Below are positions 30,760-39,746 of a stretch of 64,000 nucleotides of DNA, piece after piece. Under the pieces are notes generated by a model. That model worked only from the letters and a program-made list of their open reading frames with translations. It was not told the origin of the DNA and made no database searches. The stretch comes from Promethearchaeota archaeon. GTDB lineage: Archaea > Asgardarchaeota > Lokiarchaeia > Sigyniarchaeales > SOKP01. The position numbers and the translations under genes were made by a program. Each line of letters begins with the position of its first letter. Position 1 is the stretch's first letter. The DNA lies in NCBI GenBank assembly GCA_019058445.1, contig JAHPZA010000006.1, forward strand, positions 736,001 to 800,000. The letters run 5' to 3'.

Positions 30760-31884
30760 TCACCCTCTAAAAATTATTGCTGGATCTGTGTTATGAACTT
30801 TTCTTATGGAAAATAAGGAACAAAAGATTCCAAGAACTAGAGACGCCCCAAATGTCATCAATGTTACTATAGGATTAATACCTACGGGTAAGGCTGAATA
30901 AAATGAAAGTATCGGTGCCAAAAATATCGCTAAAACTATGGATAAACCATATCCAATAGTTACTATAAATATTGTTTGAAGAATTAACATCTTATTAATG
31001 AATGTTTTACTACCACCAAGAGCTTTCAGAGAAACTAATTCAGGGATTTTTTCGACAATTGATTGATATAAAGTGATAGTGATAATGATCATGGCAACAA
31101 AAAATCCTAAAATCGCTACAATTCCAATACTAAATGCTAATCCGAAACCAAACAAGAGATAATCTGAAATTTCCTGTTTCATTTCTTCGGATGAAACCAC
31201 TTTTATCTCATCATCATATCTTTTTAAACGATCTTTCAACTGGTCTACTGAGTAACCATCCTCGAGTTTAATTGCTAAGTATGAACTCTTATTTTCCATA
31301 TGTAGGATTCTTTGAGCAGTTTCATAATTAGTAAAAGCTCTTGGATTTCCCATCACATTATTCTCCTCGCAAAATCCCTTAACCTTTAATTTAGTTTCAA
31401 ACCCACCAACTTTTAATTTTGAATTGACTTCAAGTTCGGGAAAATACTTCTTAACTATGGTATCAATAATAATGCTGTTATTTTTCTTTATATCATCTTT
31501 ATCACAATCAATGCATCCCCAAACATCAAAATATTGAGTCTTTATTTTAAAACCCAATAACCTCACCCCTGTTTCATCGTCCTTATATCGTACACCTAGC
31601 CAATCATCTATGAATTTATCGACATGTTTTACTCCTGAAATGCTTTCTATTTTATCATACATATCATCTTCAACACTGCCACCCATCATAATATTCGCTC
31701 GATTACTTTGGATGATATAACACTCATAATCACCTTCATCGACAACACGGGTGTTCTGGTCAACAGATCCTGTCATCATGCCCATGCCTACGTGTACCAT
31801 TAGTAAACTCACCGTAAGGCCTAGTATCACTAGAACAATTCTGAATTTGTCATGAAATAGATCTTTTATTGTTAAATTTACCAT
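30760..31884 (-). CDS. ABC transporter permease (MacB/FtsX family)
   Basis: Paralog of the adjacent permease; ELVSLKALGGS and DPAIIF. Confidence 0.9.
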   Translation of the reverse strand: MVNLTIKDLFHDKFRIVLVILGLTVSLLMVHVGMGMMTGSVDQNTRVVDEGDYECYIIQSNRANIMMGGSVEDDMYDKIESISGVKHVDKFIDDWLGVRYKDDETGVRLLGFKIKTQYFDVWGCIDCDKDDIKKNNSIIIDTIVKKYFPELEVNSKLKVGGFETKLKVKGFCEENNVMGNPRAFTNYETAQRILHMENKSSYLAIKLEDGYSVDQLKDRLKRYDDEIKVVSSEEMKQEISDYLLFGFGLAFSIGIVAILGFFVAMIIITITLYQSIVEKIPELVSLKALGGSKTFINKMLILQTIFIVTIGYGLSIVLAIFLAPILSFYSALPVGINPIVTLMTFGASLVLGIFCSLFSIRKVHNTDPAIIFRG

Positions 31885-32086
31885 TTAAACCATATTTTTT
31901 TTTAATTAAATTATATGTAAAAACAACAATAGTTTATATTTAAGATTTAAAGAAGCCAGTTTTTATAAATTTTTAATTTATAAAATAGTAATTTTTCTAT
32001 TTTCTTATAAAAACAGCTTTGAATATAAAATAAAAGAGAATTAATAATTACGCAAGAAAATTCTTTAGAGCCACTATTCAAATTTA

Positions 32087-32623
32087 TTAAATTTTATCTT
32101 TCCACACATTAGTAATTTTAGAATATTTTTCTAATGCTTTATTTAACTTGCGCTTTACATTATCAGCCCTAGGGCGTATTTCTAAAATAACTTCATATCG
32201 TCTAATTGCTTCTGGATAATTTCCAAGTAATTCATAGATGACGGCTTTTTCAAAATGAGCCGATAAATGAGTTATATTAATTTTGGTAACTTCATCGAAA
32301 GTTCTTATGGCATCTTCATAATTTTTGAGATCTTTAAGTGCTAATCCTTTATTGTAAAATGCCTTCGTTTGAGTAGCGTCGATTTTTATCGCTTGATCAT
32401 ACGCTTCTATTGCGCTTTCATGGTCTTCGATTTTATCTAAAAGAACACCCTTTTGGTTATAATATTCATAATTGTCTGGATGAGCAATCAAGGCCTCATC
32501 GATATATTCTATTGCTCCTTCATAATCACCAATGCGGTAAAGCTTCAAGCCAGATTTAAATAATTTTTTTCCTTTTTTCTTGTCCACTATTACTTCTGAG
32601 CCTGTTACATTTTTTTTAGACAC
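32087..32623 (-). CDS. Tetratricopeptide repeat protein
   Basis: About 4 TPR units (YNQKG..L, FYNKG.AL, A...Y..A). Confidence 0.85.
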   Translation of the reverse strand: MSKKNVTGSEVIVDKKKGKKLFKSGLKLYRIGDYEGAIEYIDEALIAHPDNYEYYNQKGVLLDKIEDHESAIEAYDQAIKIDATQTKAFYNKGLALKDLKNYEDAIRTFDEVTKINITHLSAHFEKAVIYELLGNYPEAIRRYEVILEIRPRADNVKRKLNKALEKYSKITNVWKDKI

Positions 32624-32704
32624 AGTTCATACCTTTAAATTTTTTATCTATTATTGTGCTAATTAACCTATAATAATAAAATTATAGTTTACTAAATTAT
32701 TATT

Positions 32705-34198
32705 ATGAAAGAAGATATTATAGTAATTGGGGCGGGAATCGGTGGTTTGAGCTGTGCTGCGTTATTGGCTCATGGGGGTCACAAAGTAAGGGTTCTTGAA
32801 AAGAATTCTTATATTGGAGGTGCATGTAGTTCATATAAAAAACAAGGGTATACGCTCGATCGATCTGTGCATTTATTTAGCTTAGGATTAAATGGTCCAT
32901 TTGGGAAAATCTTAAACAGGTTAGGTTTAAACAATTTACAATTCGTCAAAGGAGTAAATAAAAGGACGGCAATGAAATATTATCAAACAGAAGGTTATTA
33001 CCCATCGGATTTTAATGTGAACTCTATGATTAATGCTATGAAACCAAGTACATCTAACGGAGAAAGGAGCGAAAAAGCAACAGAAAATGCAATAATGACA
33101 CGATTAAAAAAGTTAGGAATATCCACTCAAACCTTTAAAGAATTGGGAAAAGTAATGGCAAGCATTTTAACAATGAGAAAGAAAAAACTGATGCAAATAT
33201 ATGAAGATGATTTGACGGTAACACAATATATTAGTCAATTTTCGGAAGATCCTTTCATTCATGGTTTATTTGCCTTTCTTTTAGCAGGAATGTTTGCAAT
33301 TTCACCAAAGCAAGCAAGTGCGGGTGAGTTTGTGCATTGTTTTAAAACAGAAATGACTACAAAAGAAGGGTATCAATATCCTTTAGGAGGTGGATCTCAA
33401 GCTGTTCCGAACGCATTAGCAGAGGGCATCAGAAAATATGGTGGTAATATTCAAACAGATTCTCGAGTTGATTCTATTGTAATTAAAAATGATAAAGTCC
33501 AAGGGGTAACAGTTAAAAATGAAATGATTGAAGCCCCTATAGTTGTTAGCAATTTATCAATTAGAATGACAGTATTAACTTTAGCGGGACGAGACTATTT
33601 TGAGAGAAATTATTTAACAAAAATAGAGAGCTTAAAACCCTCATTATCTTCCATGACATTTAAATTGGCCCTAAAAGAACCATTAATTAAAGACTGGGGG
33701 TGTGTTAACCTCTATCATCCGACATTGGACGATTGGAAAGGGAAATATGGTCCAGGGGCTCCTAAATCAAACGGATTTTTTGGGCCAATTCCTTCGAATA
33801 TTGATCCTTCTTTGGCTCCAAAAGGAGGTCAAGTCGCTATATTTGGAACAATAGTTCCCGCAAAAGTTTCTAATTGGGATAAATGGCAAGAGGTTTATTA
33901 TGCTGATTTAAATGAATTTTTTCCCGAATTAAAAAAGAAACTAAGCTTCATGGATGTATCATTTCCAAAAGATTTCGCGAGAGCGACTGGGAAACCTTTT
34001 GGTCCTGTTGAAGGGTTAGCTTTAACACCAGATCAAACGGGTAAAAATAAACCTTCCTCTGTGTTACCCATTGAAGGATTATATGTAGTGGGAGATACCG
34101 CAGGTACTGATGCTCATGGAATTGGAACACAATTGGCTGCTGATTCGGGGATTAAATGCGCGGATATGCTTTTAGGAAGGATAGAAAAAAACTCATAA
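32705..34198 (+). CDS. Phytoene desaturase/CrtI-like FAD-dependent oxidoreductase
   Basis: VIGAGIGG, LEKNSYIGG, YPLGG and GLYVVGD motifs. Confidence 0.85.
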   Translation: MKEDIIVIGAGIGGLSCAALLAHGGHKVRVLEKNSYIGGACSSYKKQGYTLDRSVHLFSLGLNGPFGKILNRLGLNNLQFVKGVNKRTAMKYYQTEGYYPSDFNVNSMINAMKPSTSNGERSEKATENAIMTRLKKLGISTQTFKELGKVMASILTMRKKKLMQIYEDDLTVTQYISQFSEDPFIHGLFAFLLAGMFAISPKQASAGEFVHCFKTEMTTKEGYQYPLGGGSQAVPNALAEGIRKYGGNIQTDSRVDSIVIKNDKVQGVTVKNEMIEAPIVVSNLSIRMTVLTLAGRDYFERNYLTKIESLKPSLSSMTFKLALKEPLIKDWGCVNLYHPTLDDWKGKYGPGAPKSNGFFGPIPSNIDPSLAPKGGQVAIFGTIVPAKVSNWDKWQEVYYADLNEFFPELKKKLSFMDVSFPKDFARATGKPFGPVEGLALTPDQTGKNKPSSVLPIEGLYVVGDTAGTDAHGIGTQLAADSGIKCADMLLGRIEKNS

Positions 34199-34227
34199 AA
34201 GATTAAACAGATTACTAATTTAAAATT

Positions 34228-36129
34228 GTGGTTTTTTTGATATTAACAGAGTCTAAACCGAAAAAATGGGATAAACAGTATAAAATAGTACTAAGTACGT
34301 TTATAATTGCTTCGTTCCTAGTTATTTTTTTAGAATTATTAACAACACAAACGCTTGTTTGGAGTTATTGGATAGTTTTAGCGGGAATATTTATTATTGC
34401 ACACTATACGACGCACAAGTTTATGTGGAATTTAAATTTTAAAAAAGTATTATTATTATTTTTGATTATCGATATTTCACTAATAACAATAGAAATCTTA
34501 ATAACAGGGAAGTTTATTCAGAGTTTGGGGTTCATACTTTTTTCACTTTTGTTTGTAGGGCATTATTTAGAGGAAGCAATTAATCATTTTTTCAAACAAC
34601 TACATATAAAAAAAATATATAGGGGTATCATTGTTCATTGGACTCTTATAGGTATTGTAATAGTCATTTATATCATATACTTTACTCAAGTTATAACTGA
34701 AAACTATTTCCTCTTGCGGTTTTTAAATTTTATACTCTTGCTAGGATTAATCATTATACTTATAATCACCATAGATCCTTTAATTAGAGTATTTGCCGTC
34801 GGATTTCACAGGAGAAAGTATAGCTTATTTCCAATCAACAGGGTTGAATTACCAGCAATACATTATTTATTAAAGCAGGAGCAAAAATCTATGGAATTTT
34901 CCGAATTAAAAAGAAAAATAAGAGGGATGTTTAATATTTTTATCCCAAAAGGGTACTTTAATGATCAAATGGCCGCATCCCGCATATATTCATTATGTGC
35001 TCTTGGCTTAGCAGATATTGAAAGCAATCTTGTTACCTTAAACGAATCTGGCCAAAAAGAAGTAAAAATTTGGAAAGATACATTAAATAAACAAATAGAA
35101 GCATTTAACAAGATATTAAATAATAACAGCATATTAATAAAGTCATTTCTGGGACTTTTAGCCTTAAGTCTCTTTAAAATTTATTTTGGCTTTCATAATT
35201 CGCAATCTTTGTTTGCAAAAGGTTTTGAGAATTTACTTGATTGTACTGCAGTTATATTAATTGGACTGGGTATAAAATATAAAAAGGAGAAGCTAGTAAA
35301 TATTATTTTAGTTTGTTTGATGATTTTTGCTGGATTTTCAATTTTATTTGGTGCAATTGAAGCTTTTATAAATCCGCACCCTATTTCAAATGTCTATATT
35401 ATAATTCTAATTGCATTAATTTCTATTTTTCTAAATACCTATTTAAGAGCATTAAAGAATTTTATAGGAAAAAAGAATAGAAATTCTTCATTGGTTGCAA
35501 GCGCAATAGATAGTAAAGTGAATGTCATTTTATCTATTGGGGTTATAATAGGAGCTTTATCATCTGAATTCGGGTCATCTATAGGTATGCCAATTTTCTA
35601 CTTAATAGACCCCATTGTTGCTATAATCATATGCATTCTAATTTTTAAAGAGGCGCTTGAGATAATTATTGAGTTTATTACCAGAGAAGTAGAAGAAATC
35701 GAATTTGAAAAGGTTCAAGTGTATTATGAATCATTCTTTAAAGAATATATGATAAAGTGGATTTTCTCAGTTTTGAATGATATTCCGAATTCAGAGTTCT
35801 CTCCCAATAGATTAGATGATTTTTTTTATGAATCTTTGAGAAAAGGTGATGAAATTTATACAGAATTCGCTCATTTTGGTCTTTATGTATATAAAGAGAA
35901 TGGTATTAAATCTATAATTAAAGAATTAATTGTCGATAACTTATTAGTTCAAACAAATAATAACATCATTAAAATAACGAATAAAGGAGAAAATTTTTAT
36001 GAACACTTCTATTCTAAACAATTATTAGAAGATGTCAGAGATCCCTTTGATTTCTTTTTTGAAGAAAAGTTTGGTTTTGATACCTTAAAATGGAGAAAAA
36101 AAGAACTTGAATTAATTTCTAACGTCTAA
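34228..36129 (+). CDS. Multi-domain membrane protein with cation diffusion facilitator (CDF)-like TM domain and wHTH-like segments
   Basis: KIYFG..NSQSLFAKGFENLLD, NSSLVASAIDS and IDPIVAIII resemble CDF; extra N-terminal ~6 TM. Confidence 0.6.
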   Translation: MVFLILTESKPKKWDKQYKIVLSTFIIASFLVIFLELLTTQTLVWSYWIVLAGIFIIAHYTTHKFMWNLNFKKVLLLFLIIDISLITIEILITGKFIQSLGFILFSLLFVGHYLEEAINHFFKQLHIKKIYRGIIVHWTLIGIVIVIYIIYFTQVITENYFLLRFLNFILLLGLIIILIITIDPLIRVFAVGFHRRKYSLFPINRVELPAIHYLLKQEQKSMEFSELKRKIRGMFNIFIPKGYFNDQMAASRIYSLCALGLADIESNLVTLNESGQKEVKIWKDTLNKQIEAFNKILNNNSILIKSFLGLLALSLFKIYFGFHNSQSLFAKGFENLLDCTAVILIGLGIKYKKEKLVNIILVCLMIFAGFSILFGAIEAFINPHPISNVYIIILIALISIFLNTYLRALKNFIGKKNRNSSLVASAIDSKVNVILSIGVIIGALSSEFGSSIGMPIFYLIDPIVAIIICILIFKEALEIIIEFITREVEEIEFEKVQVYYESFFKEYMIKWIFSVLNDIPNSEFSPNRLDDFFYESLRKGDEIYTEFAHFGLYVYKENGIKSIIKELIVDNLLVQTNNNIIKITNKGENFYEHFYSKQLLEDVRDPFDFFFEEKFGFDTLKWRKKELELISNV

Positions 36130-36304
36130 TTGTTTATTTTAATATAAATTGATATAATCTAAGGAAAACCGAGAAAAAATAGGAGTTTATTATATTTTGT
36201 AAAACTAATGTAAAATTAAATAAAAATAGAAATATAGTTATTTAAAAAGCGTTTAAACCAATTAATATACTATTCTAATAAACAATATTCAAAGTGAAAA
36301 TAGA

Positions 36305-37480
36305 TTGGTAAAAAAAGGAATAAAGGATAGAGTTGCGATCATAGGGTGCGATGCTACAAAATACGGGGAATTGTGGGATAAAAGTCAATTTGATTTACTA
36401 TCAGAAGCATGTCAAGGTGCTATTAAGGATGCTGGAATAACTAAAGATGAAATTGATGCTGCGTGGTTAGGAAATTATTATTTTTTTACCGGTCTTTCTG
36501 GAACTACATTAGAAGATTCTCTCAGGTTAGAGGGGAAACCCATTACGAGATGTGAGAATTATTGCGCAAGCGGAATGGATGCATTTCGCAATGCTTGCTT
36601 CGGAGTTGCTTCAGAAGTATATGATATAGCGCTCGCCTGTGGTGTAGAAAAAATAATGGATCAAGGAGGAAGAGGCTTACCCGGAACAACAATTTTTGGG
36701 CATCCTGTTTTACCTCGTCCATCAGCTCCTGCTATATTTTGTTTATTGGCAACGAGATGTTTCCATGAATATGGATGGGGGAGAGAGGATTTAGCACGAG
36801 TAGCTGTAAAAAACCATGAAAATGGGTATTATCATCCCAAGGCACATTTTCGCATGAAAATTACACTAGAACAGGCTTTAAACGCTCCAATGATTGCAGA
36901 TCCTTTGGGAAGATTTGATTGTTGTGCGGTATCTGACGGTTCCGCAGCTTTGATTATAACTCGCCCCGAGCTAGCAGAAAGCTATGCGCATGCTGATGAT
37001 TATGTTTTAGTGAAATCAAATTCTATTTCAGTTTATACAGGAACTCCTTGGTATTGGCCTGATTTTGATTTTACCCATGCCCCAGCCACTGCGAAAGCGG
37101 CTATAATGGCATATAAGGAGGCTGAAATTACTGATCCGAGAAAACAAATAGATTTAGCCGAAGTTCACGATTGTTTCACAATTACCGAACTGTTAAATTG
37201 TCAAGATTTACAATTTTGCGACCGTGGAAAAGCCGCTGAAGAAGTTAAAGAAGGAACTTTTAACTGGGATGGAGAAACTGCAGTAAATCCCTCAGGTGGG
37301 CTTAAATCATTTGGACATCCAATTGGATCTACGGGCTGTCGAATGGTCCAAGAAGTTACGAAACAGCTTCAAGGAAGAGCCGAGGGAAGACAAGTTCCTA
37401 ACGCTAAAATTGGATTGGCCCATAATCTGGGCGGAGCATATGCGGTTTGTTCTGTAACAATATTAGCTCAAAGAGATTAA
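36305..37480 (+). CDS. Thiolase (SCP-x/archaeal-type acetyl-CoA acetyltransferase family)
   Basis: CENYCASG, AEVHDCFT, NPSGGLKSFGHPIGSTG and HNLGG motifs. Confidence 0.92.
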   Translation: MVKKGIKDRVAIIGCDATKYGELWDKSQFDLLSEACQGAIKDAGITKDEIDAAWLGNYYFFTGLSGTTLEDSLRLEGKPITRCENYCASGMDAFRNACFGVASEVYDIALACGVEKIMDQGGRGLPGTTIFGHPVLPRPSAPAIFCLLATRCFHEYGWGREDLARVAVKNHENGYYHPKAHFRMKITLEQALNAPMIADPLGRFDCCAVSDGSAALIITRPELAESYAHADDYVLVKSNSISVYTGTPWYWPDFDFTHAPATAKAAIMAYKEAEITDPRKQIDLAEVHDCFTITELLNCQDLQFCDRGKAAEEVKEGTFNWDGETAVNPSGGLKSFGHPIGSTGCRMVQEVTKQLQGRAEGRQVPNAKIGLAHNLGGAYAVCSVTILAQRD

Positions 37481-37545
37481 TTGCTTAAACCACTTCTAGT
37501 ATTTTAATACCTTAATTAAATCTACTAAAAAAAGGAAATTATTCT

Positions 37546-38229
37546 TTATTTTTTTTGTTCTAATGCCTTTTTCGCGAAGAGTCTTTGCTTTAATTTTACC
37601 AAACCAGTCTCCTCATCGTAATCCAAAATATCTACATTCGCTAATTCGTTCACTGCTCTTATTACAAATGCACCTGCTACACCAGTCGTATTCTTAATTT
37701 CATCTCTTGTCATTGCTTCTTTGTCACCGTGGAGAGTTAGAATAATGCGGTAATGAGCTTGACCTTGCCAGATTTTCTCAATTAAGACAGCGTAAATTGA
37801 TAAAAGCGCTTTTATTCTTTCAAAATTAAATTCGGCTTCTTGACTTTCTTCAGCGATTTTCGCGATTTTACTCAATTCCACCTTTAAACTTTCATATTCA
37901 TCTAACAGTTTCATTTGTTCTTCAGTCATAGCACCAATTTTTTCATCTCTTTCTTTTTTATCTTTCTCTAATTGGATTGTTCCCTCTTCTAATTTCTTTT
38001 TATCCTGTTCTAATTGATTTTTCTCAATTTCCAATTGCTTCTTATCGTTTTCTAATTCATTTGTAGCGTTTTCTAAAGTTGATTTATCGCTTTCAAGCTG
38101 TTCTTTTTCTTTTTCAAGTTTTACTAATTCTTCTTTGGCGGCATTTAAAACTTTAGTAATGTTTTGGACTGCTTCTATAGTCCCATCTATAACTTGTAAT
38201 GTATTTTTTTCTTCGGACATTGAAATCAA
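37546..38229 (-). CDS. Coiled-coil protein with C-terminal winged-helix-like domain
   Basis: Heptads LEKEKEQ LESDKST LENATNE LENDKKQ LEIEKNQ LEQDKKK; C-terminal MTRDEIKNTTGVAGAFVIRAVNEL; probable ATG start at 38220. Confidence 0.7.
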   Translation of the reverse strand: MISMSEEKNTLQVIDGTIEAVQNITKVLNAAKEELVKLEKEKEQLESDKSTLENATNELENDKKQLEIEKNQLEQDKKKLEEGTIQLEKDKKERDEKIGAMTEEQMKLLDEYESLKVELSKIAKIAEESQEAEFNFERIKALLSIYAVLIEKIWQGQAHYRIILTLHGDKEAMTRDEIKNTTGVAGAFVIRAVNELANVDILDYDEETGLVKLKQRLFAKKALEQKK

Positions 38230-38315
38230 ATTATAATTAGCTATTAAAAAATATAAATTTATTTGAGTAGTTATTTAAAAAAAATTTTTATAAATAAATA
38301 CTTCTCTTATTTGGG

Positions 38316-39695
38316 ATGAAAAAAGAAAGTGATGATGAAAAACCTCCTAGTATGACTTTTATGGTTTTTTTCTTATTTTTAGCATTTTGTATTGGTATTT
38401 TATACATTAATAGAACCCAAAGCTATTATTATTATGAAAGAATTAGTTTTAAATCCGCTGGATCGACCTTGTACGCAAATTTATATTACCCTAGTAAGAA
38501 TATAGATTTCCAAGATAACCATCCATTATTAATCTATACTCCTGGTTTTGGAAGTCAAAGAGATATTGATTTAAGAATTACCATGGAATTAACAAAGAGA
38601 GGGTTCTTCGTTGCCGCATTAGATTATCACGGTCTCGGGGAAAGTGAAGGAAGCTTTACAGATATTGATCCCAATACTAATATTCCTGCTGTTGCTCAAG
38701 ATTGTTCTAAATTATTAGATATTTTAGAAAAGATGTCGGTTTATCAGGAGCATATAGATACAGATCAAATCGGGTTAATAGGACATTCTATGGGCGGGAT
38801 GGTTATTTTACAAAACCAAGCGCTTGATAATCGATTTAAAGTAACAGTAGCATGGGCTCCAGTAGTAAGTTTTGAAGGATTCCGAACCATGGGAGATGAA
38901 AGATTTGAAGAGTATCTTCCTAAAAATTTACTGAATGAAAATAATTCAGAGAATTTATTGATAATTCATCATGTTCATGATGAGGTTGTTGATTTCGAAG
39001 AGAATGCTGAATTGGCTCAAGAATTAACGGCATGTAAACTTATAAAAATAACTGAGAGTTTTGGATCTCCTCATCAGCTGATTTCTGAAAAAGTTATTAA
39101 GAAATCGATTAATTGGTTTGAAAAGTTTTTTTTTGATTCTGAAACAAAAAATGGACCAATCAATAGTTCCTACATAATTAACTACATTTTGTTAGTTATA
39201 AGCTTAATAGCATTGTTCTCAACAGTTTTCTATTTTCTGAGTTATATTTCAAGATATTTTGAGTTTAAAAAAGACACAAAAAAAGAACCACCATTCCAAA
39301 TTCTTAAAAAAAAGCCAAAAAAAAAGATAATTATACAAATTATTAAGATCGCTTTTTACTATTATGCATTTTTAATTTCATGGTTTTTTTTCAGGAGGCC
39401 GTTTGGACTGATTGGTCTTTTTTATGTTTCAATTATCGTAATATTTTCATATATATTAATTAAACTAGCAATTTACATGATTAAAGAAAGAGAGAAATTC
39501 AATCTGAATAATTTATTAAAAATTCAATATGATGAAGACGAATTAGTTTATATTATATTATGTACAGTTATTTTTTTAGGATTATACCTCGCGTTTTCAA
39601 TTGTATATCCATTTAATTTTGTGTATTCCCTTTGTTTTTGTTTCTCCTCTGCATTTTATATCCTAAGTTATATTATATCCGCGCTAAAAAATTAA
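38316..39695 (+). CDS. Membrane-bound alpha/beta hydrolase, copy 1, C-terminally truncated (possible pseudogene)
   Basis: GHSMGG nucleophile; diverges from copy 2 after FSIVYPF; homologous ILYPKL sequence persists out of frame at about 39653. Confidence 0.75.
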   Translation: MKKESDDEKPPSMTFMVFFLFLAFCIGILYINRTQSYYYYERISFKSAGSTLYANLYYPSKNIDFQDNHPLLIYTPGFGSQRDIDLRITMELTKRGFFVAALDYHGLGESEGSFTDIDPNTNIPAVAQDCSKLLDILEKMSVYQEHIDTDQIGLIGHSMGGMVILQNQALDNRFKVTVAWAPVVSFEGFRTMGDERFEEYLPKNLLNENNSENLLIIHHVHDEVVDFEENAELAQELTACKLIKITESFGSPHQLISEKVIKKSINWFEKFFFDSETKNGPINSSYIINYILLVISLIALFSTVFYFLSYISRYFEFKKDTKKEPPFQILKKKPKKKIIIQIIKIAFYYYAFLISWFFFRRPFGLIGLFYVSIIVIFSYILIKLAIYMIKEREKFNLNNLLKIQYDEDELVYIILCTVIFLGLYLAFSIVYPFNFVYSLCFCFSSAFYILSYIISALKN

Positions 39696-39746
39696 AAAAT
39701 GCATCATAAAAAGAAATTTTATTAATAAAAACTTCTCTTATGTGGG

